Below are positions 15,856 to 25,714 of a DNA stretch of 39,087 nt, piece by piece. The DNA comes from Vulcanimicrobiaceae bacterium (GTDB lineage Bacteria; Vulcanimicrobiota; Vulcanimicrobiia; Vulcanimicrobiales; Vulcanimicrobiaceae). The stretch covers positions 29,659-68,745 of the forward strand of contig JBHEMM010000006.1 of NCBI GenBank assembly GCA_046262595.1, written 5' to 3'. Below the pieces are notes generated by a model. It saw only the letters and a list, made by a program, of their open reading frames with translations, was not told where the DNA came from and did not search any database. The position numbers were made by a program, and so were the translations under genes. Positions within the stretch are counted from its first letter, which is position 1, and each line of letters begins with the position of its first letter.

Positions 15856-17811
15856 ATGAAGCGATTCGCCGCCCTCGCCGCCGCCGCGTGCGGCATGTTG
15901 TTCTTACCCGCCGCGGCGCAAACTCCGCCGAGCATGCAGCGTGTGCTGCAAGGCGTGTTCGCCGCTCACGATTACTCCGCCGTGGCCATCGCGCCGCGCG
16001 GCGATGCGCTCGCCTGGCAAGACAATTTCCGCCCGGGCGGGCTGGAACATCCCGAGCTGCACAACGAACTCTTCGTCGAGCGCATCGGCGGCGCGCCCGT
16101 ACGGCTTACGGCGGGCGACGGCAAAGCGTTTCCCGATGAGGAGCAGCCGGCGTGGGCTCCCGACGGCAAGCAGATCGCTTTCTTTTCCGACGCCGCTACA
16201 AAGGATCAGCTCGAGATATACCTCGCGCCTGTGGGCGGTGCCGGCGTCAAGCAGCTCACGCATCTTACCGGCGCGCCGCAAGCGATGCGCTGGTCGCCGG
16301 ACGGCAAATCGATTGCCATGCTCTATATTGCGCACCCGCACCGCAAATCGGGCGCGCTCGCTGCCGGAGCGCGAAAGATTGGCGTCATCGGCTCCGTTGA
16401 AGACGAGCAGCAGCTCGCCATCGTGAATGCAATTTCCGGCGCCGTGCGCGAAATCACGCCCGCGAATGCGTATGTGTACGAATACGGCTGGTCGCCGGAT
16501 TCCAAGCGCTTGGCATACACGTACGCATACGGCAGCGGGGACAACAATTGGTGGATCGCCCGCTTAGCCGTTGCCGACGTGAACGGACACGACCGCGATC
16601 TGTTGAAACCGGCATTTCAACTCAACGATCCGCAGTGGTCGCCGGACGGGCGCAGTATCGCATTTATCGGCGGCATTATGAGCGACTTCGGCTCTGTCGG
16701 CGGCGACGTGTATTTGGCGGATGCCGTTTCGGGAAAAACGCGCGACATTACGCCGGGCATGCGCCTCTCGGCCGCCTCCCTACATTGGACGTCGCGTAAA
16801 GCAATGCTCATGGTCGCGCACGACAAAGGCGTGCTGCACCTGTACGCGCTCGAAGCGGCGGGCGGCCACACGCGCGCGCTCACGAACGCGCCTGAGGCGA
16901 TCGGCAGCTGGTCGGCAACGTCCACGGGCTCGCGTGTGGCGATGGTGCGCACCTCCTTCATGCGCCCGGCGGAAATTTGGGCCGGCGGCATTGCCTCACT
17001 GCATGAAATCACGCATTCCAACGCGTCGCTGCCGCGCATGTGGGACCGCGCGCAATCGCTCCAATGGCGCAGCGGCAATCTTCACCCGCAAGGCTGGCTG
17101 ATCTATCCGCTGCATTACGACGCGCACAAGCGTTATCCAATGATCGCGATCGTCCACGGCGGCCCGAGCGCCGAAACACTGCCGTCCTACGCGAACCGTA
17201 ACGTCGCAGCGCTTACGAGCCACGGCTACTTCGTGTTCGAGCCGAATCCGCGCGGCAGTTACGGTCAAGGCGAAGCGTACACGCGCGCCAACATCAAAGA
17301 CTTCGGTTACGGCGACTGGCGCGACGATCTCTCAGGCGTCGACGCCGCAGTGAAGACGGCTAGCATCGATGCCAACCGCTTAGGGTTGTTCGGCTGGAGC
17401 TACGGCGGCTACATGGGCATGTGGGCGGAAACGCAGACGCGGCGCTTCAAAGCCATCGTCGCGGGCGCGGGCATTGTGAACTGGCAATCGTACTACGGGC
17501 AAAACGACATCGACCAATGGATGATCCCGTTCTTCGGCAAATCGGTGTACGATGATCCGGCCGTTTACGCGAAGAGCTCGCCGATTACGTTCGTCAAAAA
17601 TTCGCATACGCCGGTTTTGATTCTGCAAGGCGAACGCGACGAGGAAGTGCCGGCACCCCAAGCGTTCGAGTTTTATCACGCAATGCAGACCCTGCACGTG
17701 CCCTCGCGGTTAGTCGTCTATGCAGACGAGGGGCACGGGCCGCGCCAGCCCGCCAACCAGATCGACATCCTGACCCGCATGGTGGGGTGGTTCGCGACTT
17801 ACCTCAAATAA
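15856..17811 (+). CDS. Secreted S9-family (prolyl oligopeptidase / acylaminoacyl-peptidase-like) serine peptidase
   Basis: Signal peptide; WSPDG propeller repeats; VHGGP; catalytic GWSYGG, GERDEEVP (Asp) and DEGHG (His). Confidence 0.93.
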   Translation: MKRFAALAAAACGMLFLPAAAQTPPSMQRVLQGVFAAHDYSAVAIAPRGDALAWQDNFRPGGLEHPELHNELFVERIGGAPVRLTAGDGKAFPDEEQPAWAPDGKQIAFFSDAATKDQLEIYLAPVGGAGVKQLTHLTGAPQAMRWSPDGKSIAMLYIAHPHRKSGALAAGARKIGVIGSVEDEQQLAIVNAISGAVREITPANAYVYEYGWSPDSKRLAYTYAYGSGDNNWWIARLAVADVNGHDRDLLKPAFQLNDPQWSPDGRSIAFIGGIMSDFGSVGGDVYLADAVSGKTRDITPGMRLSAASLHWTSRKAMLMVAHDKGVLHLYALEAAGGHTRALTNAPEAIGSWSATSTGSRVAMVRTSFMRPAEIWAGGIASLHEITHSNASLPRMWDRAQSLQWRSGNLHPQGWLIYPLHYDAHKRYPMIAIVHGGPSAETLPSYANRNVAALTSHGYFVFEPNPRGSYGQGEAYTRANIKDFGYGDWRDDLSGVDAAVKTASIDANRLGLFGWSYGGYMGMWAETQTRRFKAIVAGAGIVNWQSYYGQNDIDQWMIPFFGKSVYDDPAVYAKSSPITFVKNSHTPVLILQGERDEEVPAPQAFEFYHAMQTLHVPSRLVVYADEGHGPRQPANQIDILTRMVGWFATYLK

Positions 17812-18051
17812 CTACTCCGAAGCGGCCGGATCGTCCGAAGCGTCCGCGATGTCCGTTATATTGGAAGCGCCATGCAGCACTTCGGTCGCCGGCTTGCCGC
17901 CTTCTTCCACCGCCGCCGAAGCGACGATGTAATGCATGTGCCCGTGTCCGGTGCCTTCATCGGCGTGCAGCGTGCCGGCCAGCACACGGCCGTCGGCAAG
18001 CGTTAAACGGACCGGTTTACCTACGAATGGCGCAACTTCTTCTTCGCTCAT
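17812..18051 (-). CDS. Small hypothetical protein, possible Sm/LSm-like fold
   Basis: FVGKPVRLTLADGRVLAGTL resembles the Sm1 motif; EVLHGASNITDI resembles Sm2. Confidence 0.6.
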   Translation of the reverse strand: MSEEEVAPFVGKPVRLTLADGRVLAGTLHADEGTGHGHMHYIVASAAVEEGGKPATEVLHGASNITDIADASDDPAASE

Positions 18052-18103
18052 GCCGCTCGTTTCCGCAGCGGCGCCGCCGTCCCATTTTTAGCCAGACCTT
18101 GCG

Positions 18104-20083
18104 CTACGGCGCCGCCGGCGCGCGCATCAATCCCGCGATCCAGCGGTACAGGTACCACGTCACGGCGATAAACGCCGCGGCGCCCAGCACTTGCGACCAC
18201 CCCAAAAACGAGTCTGGCATAAATGCAAACGGATCGCTGCCGAAGCGCGCGACGATAATACCGGCGTGCAGCACGCCGAACAAACTTTCACCGACGATCA
18301 GACCTGAAGCCAGCAGCACGCCTAACCGCTTGAGCACCTCGCCGTTCGGGCGCTTCTCCACCGAACGGTTGTAGAAAAAGCCGATGATTGCACCGGCAAC
18401 GGCGGCAGCGGTGGTGGCCATGGGCAGATAGATGCCCAGGCCGACGGCAAGCGGCGGCAATTTGCGTTTACCGCCCGAGGTTGCGCGAAGCGTTTCGTCG
18501 ATCGCAATGATGACGATTCCCACCAGAATACCGATGAAGATCATGCCCCAATCGATGTTGCCCGCAATCACGCCTTTGGCGAGCGCGGAAATCAACGTTG
18601 CCTGCGGAGCGCCGAGCGCCGTCGCGGGATTCGCGTGCGCGACACCGGCAAATCCGTAGGCGGAACTGAGCATGTTCAAAATCGGCGGAATCACCAGCGA
18701 GCCGAACACCACGCCGACAATCAGCGCAACCTGCTGACGCCACGGCGTCGCGTCCACCAGTTGGCCGGTTTTCAAATCTTGCAGGTTGTCGTTTGCGATC
18801 GTGGCTGCGCTAAGGACGATCGATGTCACGAAAAGTGCGAAAGCAACGAGCGCATCTTTTGCGTGCTGATCGGCGTTGTGCGCCATAAGCAGCAGAATCA
18901 GCGCGATGCCGATGACCGAAAGAATCGCCAAACCCGAAACCGGACTATTGGAAGAGCCGATAAGGCCCGCCATGTAGCCCGATACCGCCGCAACGATAAA
19001 GCCCACAACGAACACGTAAACGATCGAAGCGATAACGAGCGGCACGATCATGCCCGCAACGGGTCCCCCTGCGAGAAACGCGACGAGCAGCACGGCCATC
19101 GGTGGAATGCACAACACGCTGATCAAGCCGACCATATTGATCGGCATGTCGAGCTCGGTGCGCGCGAGGTGCGCGCCTTGACCGCTCGCGCGCAGCCGCG
19201 AGCTGTGCATTGCGGCGAGCAACCCCGTCCATACCGGAGCCGCTAAGCGCAGCACCGTCCAAATCGCGGAGATACCGATCGCGCCCGCGCCGATGAAGCG
19301 CACCTGCTGGCGCCAGACATTCGTGGCGACGTCCACCGCCGCACCCGCTGCCGGATGCAGCGCCGTCAACACGGGCACGGCGATTCCCCAGGAGATTACA
19401 AAGCCCACGCCGATTGCGATGCCCACCGCAAGCCCGATCAGATGCCCCGCACCAAGCAGCGCGAGCGAAAGTCCGAAGCCGACGCCGGTCGCTCCCGCAG
19501 CAAGTCGGAAATAGACGCCGATCGTATCGGCAAACAGCTTCGTTGCAACGATTGCAGCGTACGCAGCGGAAGCGATCGCGCCCCACGTCACCGCGATCAA
19601 GCCGAGCCGGCTCTCCTCGGCACCTTCGCGGGAGCCCGTTCCGACGCGCAGCACTTCGGCCGCAGCCACGCCTTCGGGATACGGCAGATCGGAGTTCGTC
19701 ACCAGCGCGCGGCGCAGCGGGATCGTGAACATCACGCCAAGGATTCCGCCGACGACGCAGACACCGAACGCAGGCCAAAACGGAAAACCCGTCCACCACC
19801 CGACCATCAACAGCCCCGGTATCACGAAAATCACGGATGAAATCGTGCCTGCGGCCGACGCAACGGTTTGCACGATGTTGTTCTCCTGAATCGTGCCGGT
19901 CTTGAACAAACGCAAAACGGCCATCGAGATGACGGCCGCCGGTATGGATGTTGCGAATGTGAGGCCGACTTTCAGGCCGAGATACACATTGGCGGCGGTA
20001 AAAACGAGCGTAATGGCGGCGCCTAAGAGAAGCCCACGGATCGTCAGCTCCAGGCGCGGGTCGTTGCGTTCGGCGTGCTGCAT
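18104..20083 (-). CDS. OPT-family oligopeptide transporter
   Basis: ELTIRG, NVYLGLKVGLT, ENNIVQT, LPYPEGVAAAEVL, GSSNSPVSG, DNLQDLKTG and ASGLIVGE motifs. Confidence 0.95.
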   Translation of the reverse strand: MQHAERNDPRLELTIRGLLLGAAITLVFTAANVYLGLKVGLTFATSIPAAVISMAVLRLFKTGTIQENNIVQTVASAAGTISSVIFVIPGLLMVGWWTGFPFWPAFGVCVVGGILGVMFTIPLRRALVTNSDLPYPEGVAAAEVLRVGTGSREGAEESRLGLIAVTWGAIASAAYAAIVATKLFADTIGVYFRLAAGATGVGFGLSLALLGAGHLIGLAVGIAIGVGFVISWGIAVPVLTALHPAAGAAVDVATNVWRQQVRFIGAGAIGISAIWTVLRLAAPVWTGLLAAMHSSRLRASGQGAHLARTELDMPINMVGLISVLCIPPMAVLLVAFLAGGPVAGMIVPLVIASIVYVFVVGFIVAAVSGYMAGLIGSSNSPVSGLAILSVIGIALILLLMAHNADQHAKDALVAFALFVTSIVLSAATIANDNLQDLKTGQLVDATPWRQQVALIVGVVFGSLVIPPILNMLSSAYGFAGVAHANPATALGAPQATLISALAKGVIAGNIDWGMIFIGILVGIVIIAIDETLRATSGGKRKLPPLAVGLGIYLPMATTAAAVAGAIIGFFYNRSVEKRPNGEVLKRLGVLLASGLIVGESLFGVLHAGIIVARFGSDPFAFMPDSFLGWSQVLGAAAFIAVTWYLYRWIAGLMRAPAAP

Positions 20084-20149
20084 TTGCGCCTGGTTTGCTA
20101 GCTTGCGCCGGCAAGCCTGCGCAGCCGCAGCGGGCTAAACGTTGTGAAG

Positions 20150-20425
20150 TTAGGAAGCGTCCACGCGCACCGGAACTTGCGCATAGGCGGCCGTTCGCCC
20201 CGCGACATGCACGAACAGCGAACACAGCAGCGTGAGCAGCAGCGCATCGTCAAACAAGCCGATGATCGGAATGTCGCCGAAGACATCGAATGGCGAAACG
20301 ATCAACGCGGCGAGCACCCCTGCACCAATCTTAAGAACGAGCGGGACGCGGCCGTCGCGCATCAGCGGCACGACGCGTTTCCAATTGCGCGCTGCGGCCA
20401 GGAGCAAGCGTGGTGAGTATGCCAT
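20150..20425 (-). CDS. YkvA/DUF1232 family membrane protein
   Basis: LMRDGRVP..LK....LIVSPFDVFGDIPIIGLFDD motif; start taken at ATG 20425. Confidence 0.8.
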   Translation of the reverse strand: MAYSPRLLLAAARNWKRVVPLMRDGRVPLVLKIGAGVLAALIVSPFDVFGDIPIIGLFDDALLLTLLCSLFVHVAGRTAAYAQVPVRVDAS

Positions 20426-20475
20426 GCCGCATGCTACCCGCAGGGTGCGGCGATGTTTCATGCCAAGTACGGCGC

Positions 20476-21141
20476 ATGGAACGAACGCTCAAGAATGCCG
20501 CCGAAGTCCAACGCATGCCCTCGCCCGCTCCGCGACCGCAAAGCCTTGCCTTCGACGGCGACACGCTTTGGATGGGCTCGATCGAGACGTGCCGTCTGTA
20601 CGCGATCGATACGGTTCATTGGACCGTTCGGGACGAAGCGGAAGCGCCGGGCAAACCGTGGGGTATGACGGTGATGGGTGACGAGTTGCGGGTGCTGCTT
20701 GGCGAGGGCGCGGACGACACGCGCACGATCCGGCGGTTCGTTCCAGGCCATGGATTTAAAAGCGAGGGTGCGATTCCATGCCCCGGTGATACGGGCTCGC
20801 AGCTTGGTTTCGACGGCGACCGGCTGTACGTCAGCCAGTGGTACAACAAACGGGTTATTTCGCTTGATGCCGATGGCCGCGAAGGCACGGTCATCGAGGC
20901 GCCGCACGGCATTTGCGGCCAAGTCGTCGTAGGCGGCGTGTTCTATCTGCTCGGCACCGACGATGAGAGCCATGGCGATTATGTTGTCACGCGCATCGAC
21001 GCGCGCAACGGGCAATCGAAGTCCGAAGATCTTGCCGTGTTGGCATTTCCGGCGCGCGGCTTAGCTTGGGACAGCGCGCGCAACCGGTTTTGGACCAATC
21101 ATCGCGAAGCGCACGAAATCGTTGCCTTCACGATTGAATAG
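20476..21141 (+). CDS. Hypothetical beta-propeller protein (glutaminyl cyclase/YncE-like repeats)
   Basis: Repeated PQSLAFDGDTLWM, QLGFDGDRLYV and RGLAWD..RFWT blade motifs; no signal peptide. Confidence 0.7.
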   Translation: MERTLKNAAEVQRMPSPAPRPQSLAFDGDTLWMGSIETCRLYAIDTVHWTVRDEAEAPGKPWGMTVMGDELRVLLGEGADDTRTIRRFVPGHGFKSEGAIPCPGDTGSQLGFDGDRLYVSQWYNKRVISLDADGREGTVIEAPHGICGQVVVGGVFYLLGTDDESHGDYVVTRIDARNGQSKSEDLAVLAFPARGLAWDSARNRFWTNHREAHEIVAFTIE

Positions 21142-22336
21142 CGTCTAAGCGGCGCAGCTCGGGGAACAGCAGCAGCCACACGGCGATTACGGCAATCGTC
21201 GCCGCGCCGCCGAAAATCACGGACGCCGGCGCACCTGCGATCGCCGCTAAGCCGCCCGACTCGAACGCGCCCAGTTCGTTTGATGCGCCGATGAAAATGT
21301 TTTCCACCGCACCGACGCGCCCACGCATCGTGTCGGGTGTGCGCAGCTGAACGAGCGTGTTGCGGATCACGACGCTTACCATGTCAAACGCCCCCGTCAA
21401 TGCCAAAGCAAGCACGGATAGCGCGAAGTTGCGCGAGAGGCCGAACACGATCGTCGCGGCGCCGAAGCCGGCAACGCAGACGACGAGCAGCCGGCCGGTC
21501 TTGCGAGCGATCGGATGCCGCGCCAGAAACAACGCCGTCGCGCCCGCTCCGATCGCCGGCGCGGCGCGAAGAACGCCAAATCCGGTCGAACCAGCGTGCA
21601 GAATGCTCGTTGCAAATACGGGCAGCAGCGCTGTCGCGCCGCCGAAGAGGACGGCGAACAGATCGAGCGAGATCGCACTGAGAATCACGCGCTGATCGAA
21701 GATGAACCGCACGCCTTGGACCGCAGAACGAAGCAGCGGCTCTTCGATGAACGCAACCTCACGTTTGCGTAAGCGCGTGAATGCTGCCATCGCGAACACA
21801 TACGCGGCAGCCGCCGTCGCGAACGCTACGGGGGTCCCGACTGCAATGAGCACGCCGCCCAGCGCAGGACCTGCAATCGCAATCAGCTGCGTAACGGACG
21901 ACGAGAGCGCCTGCGCCCGGACGAACGACTCGCGCGGCACGATGTTGACCAGGAGCGAACGCTGCGCGGGAACGCCGAGCGCGTGCGCGGTACCGATGAA
22001 GGCAATTGCCGCAAAATAACAGCCGATTGCATGGACGTGCAGCAGCAGCAACGCAATAAAGCCGCCCAATCCGAGCGCCTCCATCAAAGAGGTGAGCGCA
22101 CAAATGGCGCGCCGGTCCAGACGATCGGCCAGAACGCCGGCCGGCAGCGCGAGCAGCAGCTGCGGCAAAAACAAAATGAGCCCGACCAGGCCCAAATCGA
22201 ACGGGTGGTGCCGCAGCGCGTAGATTTGCCAGCTGACGGCAACGTCTTCGACGGTGAACGCGATCATGGAGCTTTGCCGTGCCAGAAAATAGACGAAGAA
22301 CTCGCGGCTCACGCGCTCGCTTTGCGCAGCGGCCAT
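21128..22336 (-). CDS. MFS transporter (MFS_3 / H+ antiporter type)
   Basis: AGVLADRLDRR, AISLDLFAVLFGGATALLP, DMVSVVIR.TLVQLRTPD.MRGRV and ASNELGAFESG motifs. Confidence 0.9.
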   Translation of the reverse strand: MAAAQSERVSREFFVYFLARQSSMIAFTVEDVAVSWQIYALRHHPFDLGLVGLILFLPQLLLALPAGVLADRLDRRAICALTSLMEALGLGGFIALLLLHVHAIGCYFAAIAFIGTAHALGVPAQRSLLVNIVPRESFVRAQALSSSVTQLIAIAGPALGGVLIAVGTPVAFATAAAAYVFAMAAFTRLRKREVAFIEEPLLRSAVQGVRFIFDQRVILSAISLDLFAVLFGGATALLPVFATSILHAGSTGFGVLRAAPAIGAGATALFLARHPIARKTGRLLVVCVAGFGAATIVFGLSRNFALSVLALALTGAFDMVSVVIRNTLVQLRTPDTMRGRVGAVENIFIGASNELGAFESGGLAAIAGAPASVIFGGAATIAVIAVWLLLFPELRRLDAIQS

Positions 22337-22376
22337 GGCCACATTGCGAACTCGTCGAACCCGAACGGCGGCTGCC

Positions 22377-24839
22377 TCATGGCCCGCTCAATTCCAGCAA
22401 ACAGAAACCATGCTGGCCGATCTGCACGGGGAGCCCGTGCCCTAACCCGCTTTCGTCGAACGCATCCTGTTCCACCCATTCGTTGCGCAGCGTGTTATAC
22501 GATCGCAGTTTGCGCCCCGACGACAAATGTTTGGGCGCAATACCGACGGCGACCGTAACGGTGCGGTCAAAAGTATTGGCGATGAATAGTGTCAGGCGCC
22601 CGGGCGCCGCAAATGCGAGCGCGACCGCCGTATCGCCGCCCAAAAAGACGTCGGACGAGATGTCTTCCTCAAATATGCGGGCGCCATCGAGCCCGTCAAA
22701 CGGGTAGTCGCTGTAAACGTGAACGCCCTCCACTCCTTGCCTGCGCACGGCAAACCAGGAAGCGGAACGGCCGCGCACCAGCACGTTGCGTGCGGCAATC
22801 CAGTGCCAGCGCTGCGCCGGGCGCGGCGCGATTTTGGGCGTCAGCGCGGTCACGTCCAGGCCTGCGGCGCCCTGCAGCGCCGCCCAAAGATACTTCGGCG
22901 CGAACCACGGTGAGAGCATCATCCCCTGATTCGTGAGCGTTTCGCCGTGCAGCCACTCGGAAAATTGGCCGGGCACGGTGTTGTTGCGGCGCGGGTCTTG
23001 CGAGTAGTGCTTGAACGTGACGGAAAGCGCGTACGCCATGAACTCCGCGTTGAATGCGCTTGCGGCGAACGCGAACCAGAACGTCGGACCGCTCCAGACT
23101 CCGCCCAGCAAACCGTATCCGTGCGCGGGGCCGTAATTAATGTCGTTGCGCGGCACCGTGTGCATGCCCGCGTCGCTCCAAAATTCCGGCGCACTCAAGC
23201 GCGCGATAATGTTGGCCGCAACGTCGTGCTCTGCCACGCCGAACATGACCGGGAACACCAAATCGCAGGTGACGTCCGTCCGCTTGGTGCCGTCAAGGTC
23301 GATATTCAAGTAGTACAGTTTGCGCGAGCGGTCGAGTAGGTGCTCGTTGATTGCGTTCTTCAGATCGCAAGCCTGCGTTTTGTAGGTTTGCGCGCCTTTT
23401 GCGTCGTCGAGCACTTCGGCGATGCGGCTCATCGTGTCGAGCGCGGCGTAGCACTCCGAGTTGACTTCGGTCGTCGCCCCCGAGAGCCGGTAGCCGCCGA
23501 TGACGTTGCGCCAACCCGCGATGCCCCAATCGGCCGTGCCGCTCGCCGTGCACCAGATGAGGCCTTGTTCGTTGCGCTGCGAGAGGATATACGACGCGGC
23601 GCGCGCCAGACGCGGATACGCGTACTCCAGAAACGAGCGATCGCCGGTGACGCAATATTGATGCCAGCACGCCAGCACGAGCAGCGGCGTGTTGTCGTTG
23701 ATGTTTAGGCCGTAGTCTTCGGTGCCGCCGTTGCGGATGTCGAAGTATTCGACGACCATGCCGCGCGGTTCGATGTGATCGAGGTACCACAGCAGCGAGT
23801 CGCGGCAGAACTCCGGCGTAACGTAGCTCGCACCGAAACTGTACCAGCACGTGTCGCGGGCCACGCTGTTGTTGGAATGCGTCGGGTCGTTGACAAAGCA
23901 CCAGCCCTGCGAGGTGAGGTTCTGCGTGCGCAAAATATTGGCCTTTGCCCACAGCGCACCGCGATTCACTTCCGGATCGGGTGTGAGCACGATGGCTTTG
24001 TCCATCATCTGGGCGTAGTACGACCGCGTGCGCTCCAGCGCGTCTTGCGCATCCGGGAGTGCGCGAAGATTTTCAAGCGCCGCGTCCTCGCCGTCCAGCG
24101 AAAACGTCAAGACGAAAGAAAATTGCGTCTTCTCTCGGGCCTGCAGCGTGTGCTCCAAATGAAATATCGCAACCGGAACCGGGCCGCCCGTGTTGAGTTC
24201 GTTCAAAAGTTCGCCCGGAAACGCGGCTGCGCTGCTTTTGGCGGAATCACGCGTGAGCTCGTAACTGTCCGGTGCGCGCGAGCAGGCGGCGATACGCACC
24301 ATACCGCGCTGCGCGCCGCCCGCAAGGACAAACGCATGCGCGCCGCGATCGTACGAGGCGCCCACCATCTCGCGCTGCGTGCACGGTACCTGCACCGAGG
24401 CATACGTTGCGATGTTCGCTTCCCGTTCTTGCTCGTTCGAGAGTTCGACGGTGTAAAACGCCGCCGGCGGATCCACCTCACGCCGGTCGGATCCGCGGGG
24501 CGCCGACGATAAGACAAAAAGCGTCTCGCTCACACGAACGCCGTTGGAGAGCGAAAACCTGTGCCGCTGCTCCTGCGGCAGGACCTCGAACGTGCCGCGG
24601 CGTGGCGAAAGCGGAACGCCGCTGCGCGCATCCCAGTGATGCAGCACGAGGGTGCCGAAGACATCCGCGCCCAGCTCCGGCGAATACATTTTTTCAATGG
24701 CGCCGGTCGCCTTGATCACAATCGCCGCCTTCGGCGAGCCTAGGGTGCTTCCGGTCGCCATTTCGTTATCCGCGACGGTGTAGTGCGCTGATTGGTGACC
24801 GGCGCTGCGCGCTTTGGGGTCGAGTGAGGATGCGTTCAA
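22377..24839 (-). CDS. Six-hairpin glycoside hydrolase (amylo-alpha-1,6-glucosidase / GH63-like)
   Basis: 820-aa ORF with ARDTCW, DNTPLL..WHQY..TGD.SFL...YP, EVNSECYAAL, LKNAINEHL, GGVWSG and QFSEW motifs typical of (alpha/alpha)6 glycoside hydrolases. Exact family uncertain. Confidence 0.75.
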   Translation of the reverse strand: MNASSLDPKARSAGHQSAHYTVADNEMATGSTLGSPKAAIVIKATGAIEKMYSPELGADVFGTLVLHHWDARSGVPLSPRRGTFEVLPQEQRHRFSLSNGVRVSETLFVLSSAPRGSDRREVDPPAAFYTVELSNEQEREANIATYASVQVPCTQREMVGASYDRGAHAFVLAGGAQRGMVRIAACSRAPDSYELTRDSAKSSAAAFPGELLNELNTGGPVPVAIFHLEHTLQAREKTQFSFVLTFSLDGEDAALENLRALPDAQDALERTRSYYAQMMDKAIVLTPDPEVNRGALWAKANILRTQNLTSQGWCFVNDPTHSNNSVARDTCWYSFGASYVTPEFCRDSLLWYLDHIEPRGMVVEYFDIRNGGTEDYGLNINDNTPLLVLACWHQYCVTGDRSFLEYAYPRLARAASYILSQRNEQGLIWCTASGTADWGIAGWRNVIGGYRLSGATTEVNSECYAALDTMSRIAEVLDDAKGAQTYKTQACDLKNAINEHLLDRSRKLYYLNIDLDGTKRTDVTCDLVFPVMFGVAEHDVAANIIARLSAPEFWSDAGMHTVPRNDINYGPAHGYGLLGGVWSGPTFWFAFAASAFNAEFMAYALSVTFKHYSQDPRRNNTVPGQFSEWLHGETLTNQGMMLSPWFAPKYLWAALQGAAGLDVTALTPKIAPRPAQRWHWIAARNVLVRGRSASWFAVRRQGVEGVHVYSDYPFDGLDGARIFEEDISSDVFLGGDTAVALAFAAPGRLTLFIANTFDRTVTVAVGIAPKHLSSGRKLRSYNTLRNEWVEQDAFDESGLGHGLPVQIGQHGFCLLELSGP

Positions 24840-25020
24840 AGCAGGTCTTGCTTGTCTTTGTCCATCGGCGTATCGACTGCTCCGGGCGCTGTGTTATTTA
24901 CCGTAATGCCGTCTCCGGCCGGTTCAACCGCGATCGCTTGCATCAGCATACGGGGCCTTTGGAGCTAAAATACAGTGCATTTTTAGGCATCGTCACCTCG
25001 TGATGCGACTCGTTGTTATA
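24836..25020 (-). pseudogene. Remnant of an SDR-family oxidoreductase (glucose 1-dehydrogenase-like)
   Basis: NNESHHEVTMPKNALYFSSKG (YxxxK), then a frameshift near 24950, then MLMQAIAVEPAGDGITVNNTAPGAVDTPM. No N-terminal Rossmann motif. Confidence 0.75.
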
Positions 25021-25051
25021 CTGCCGGCGGACGTCTGTGGTGTTACCCGCT

Positions 25052-25714
25052 TCACGCTTCTCCAATTCGCCGCGTGAAGAAGATCAGCGCGCCTAAGCCC
25101 AGCACCCACGCAAAAAAGCCCTCAGCAGTCGGCCCCCAATTCGCCAGAGCGGCGCCGCCGGCGTTGTATTGGTTGCGCTGCAGGTAGCGAACATAGCCCG
25201 TAAGATCGGCGAGTTGAGGATCGTCAATAACGCCCGTGCCGAATTTCGGCATAATGTTGGGGCCTTCGCGCACCGCTTCAACGATTGTCTGCGGGTCCGA
25301 CTCCATCAAGCTTGGCGCGACTTCATGATATGCCGTCGCGCCGTCTCCACGCCCCGTTGCCGCGTGGCACTGTTCGCAGTTTTCCTCGTACACGCTGCGC
25401 CCCGCTCTCAACGCTGAGACGCCGGCAAGAATTCGCGGTGCCGCGGGGATTGCGCGGTCGCCGCTCGTTCGCGATGCGATGTACGCCTCGATGGAGGCAA
25501 TCTGTTCCGGATGCAGCTGCGGCGCCGAGGGATCATTTTGCTCGCGCGGGACCAACGCCGGCATGCGGCCGGTGCGCAACTCGAAATCCACCAGACCGAC
25601 GCTCACGTTCGTCAACGGCGGCGCCGCCGTAGATCCTTCCAGGCGCGCGCCGTGGCACGAGCTGCAAAAGATGAGATACTGGGTCGCAGCTGCGAGCAGC
25701 ACGGCGCCGATCAT
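25052..25714 (-). CDS. qcrC: Diheme cytochrome c subunit of the cytochrome bcc complex
   Basis: Two CxxCH motifs (CSSCH, CEQCH); VDFELRTGRMP, EAVREGPNIMPKF; C-terminal GPTAEG followed by a TM helix. ATG overlaps the upstream stop. Confidence 0.88.
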   Translation of the reverse strand: MIGAVLLAAATQYLIFCSSCHGARLEGSTAAPPLTNVSVGLVDFELRTGRMPALVPREQNDPSAPQLHPEQIASIEAYIASRTSGDRAIPAAPRILAGVSALRAGRSVYEENCEQCHAATGRGDGATAYHEVAPSLMESDPQTIVEAVREGPNIMPKFGTGVIDDPQLADLTGYVRYLQRNQYNAGGAALANWGPTAEGFFAWVLGLGALIFFTRRIGEA

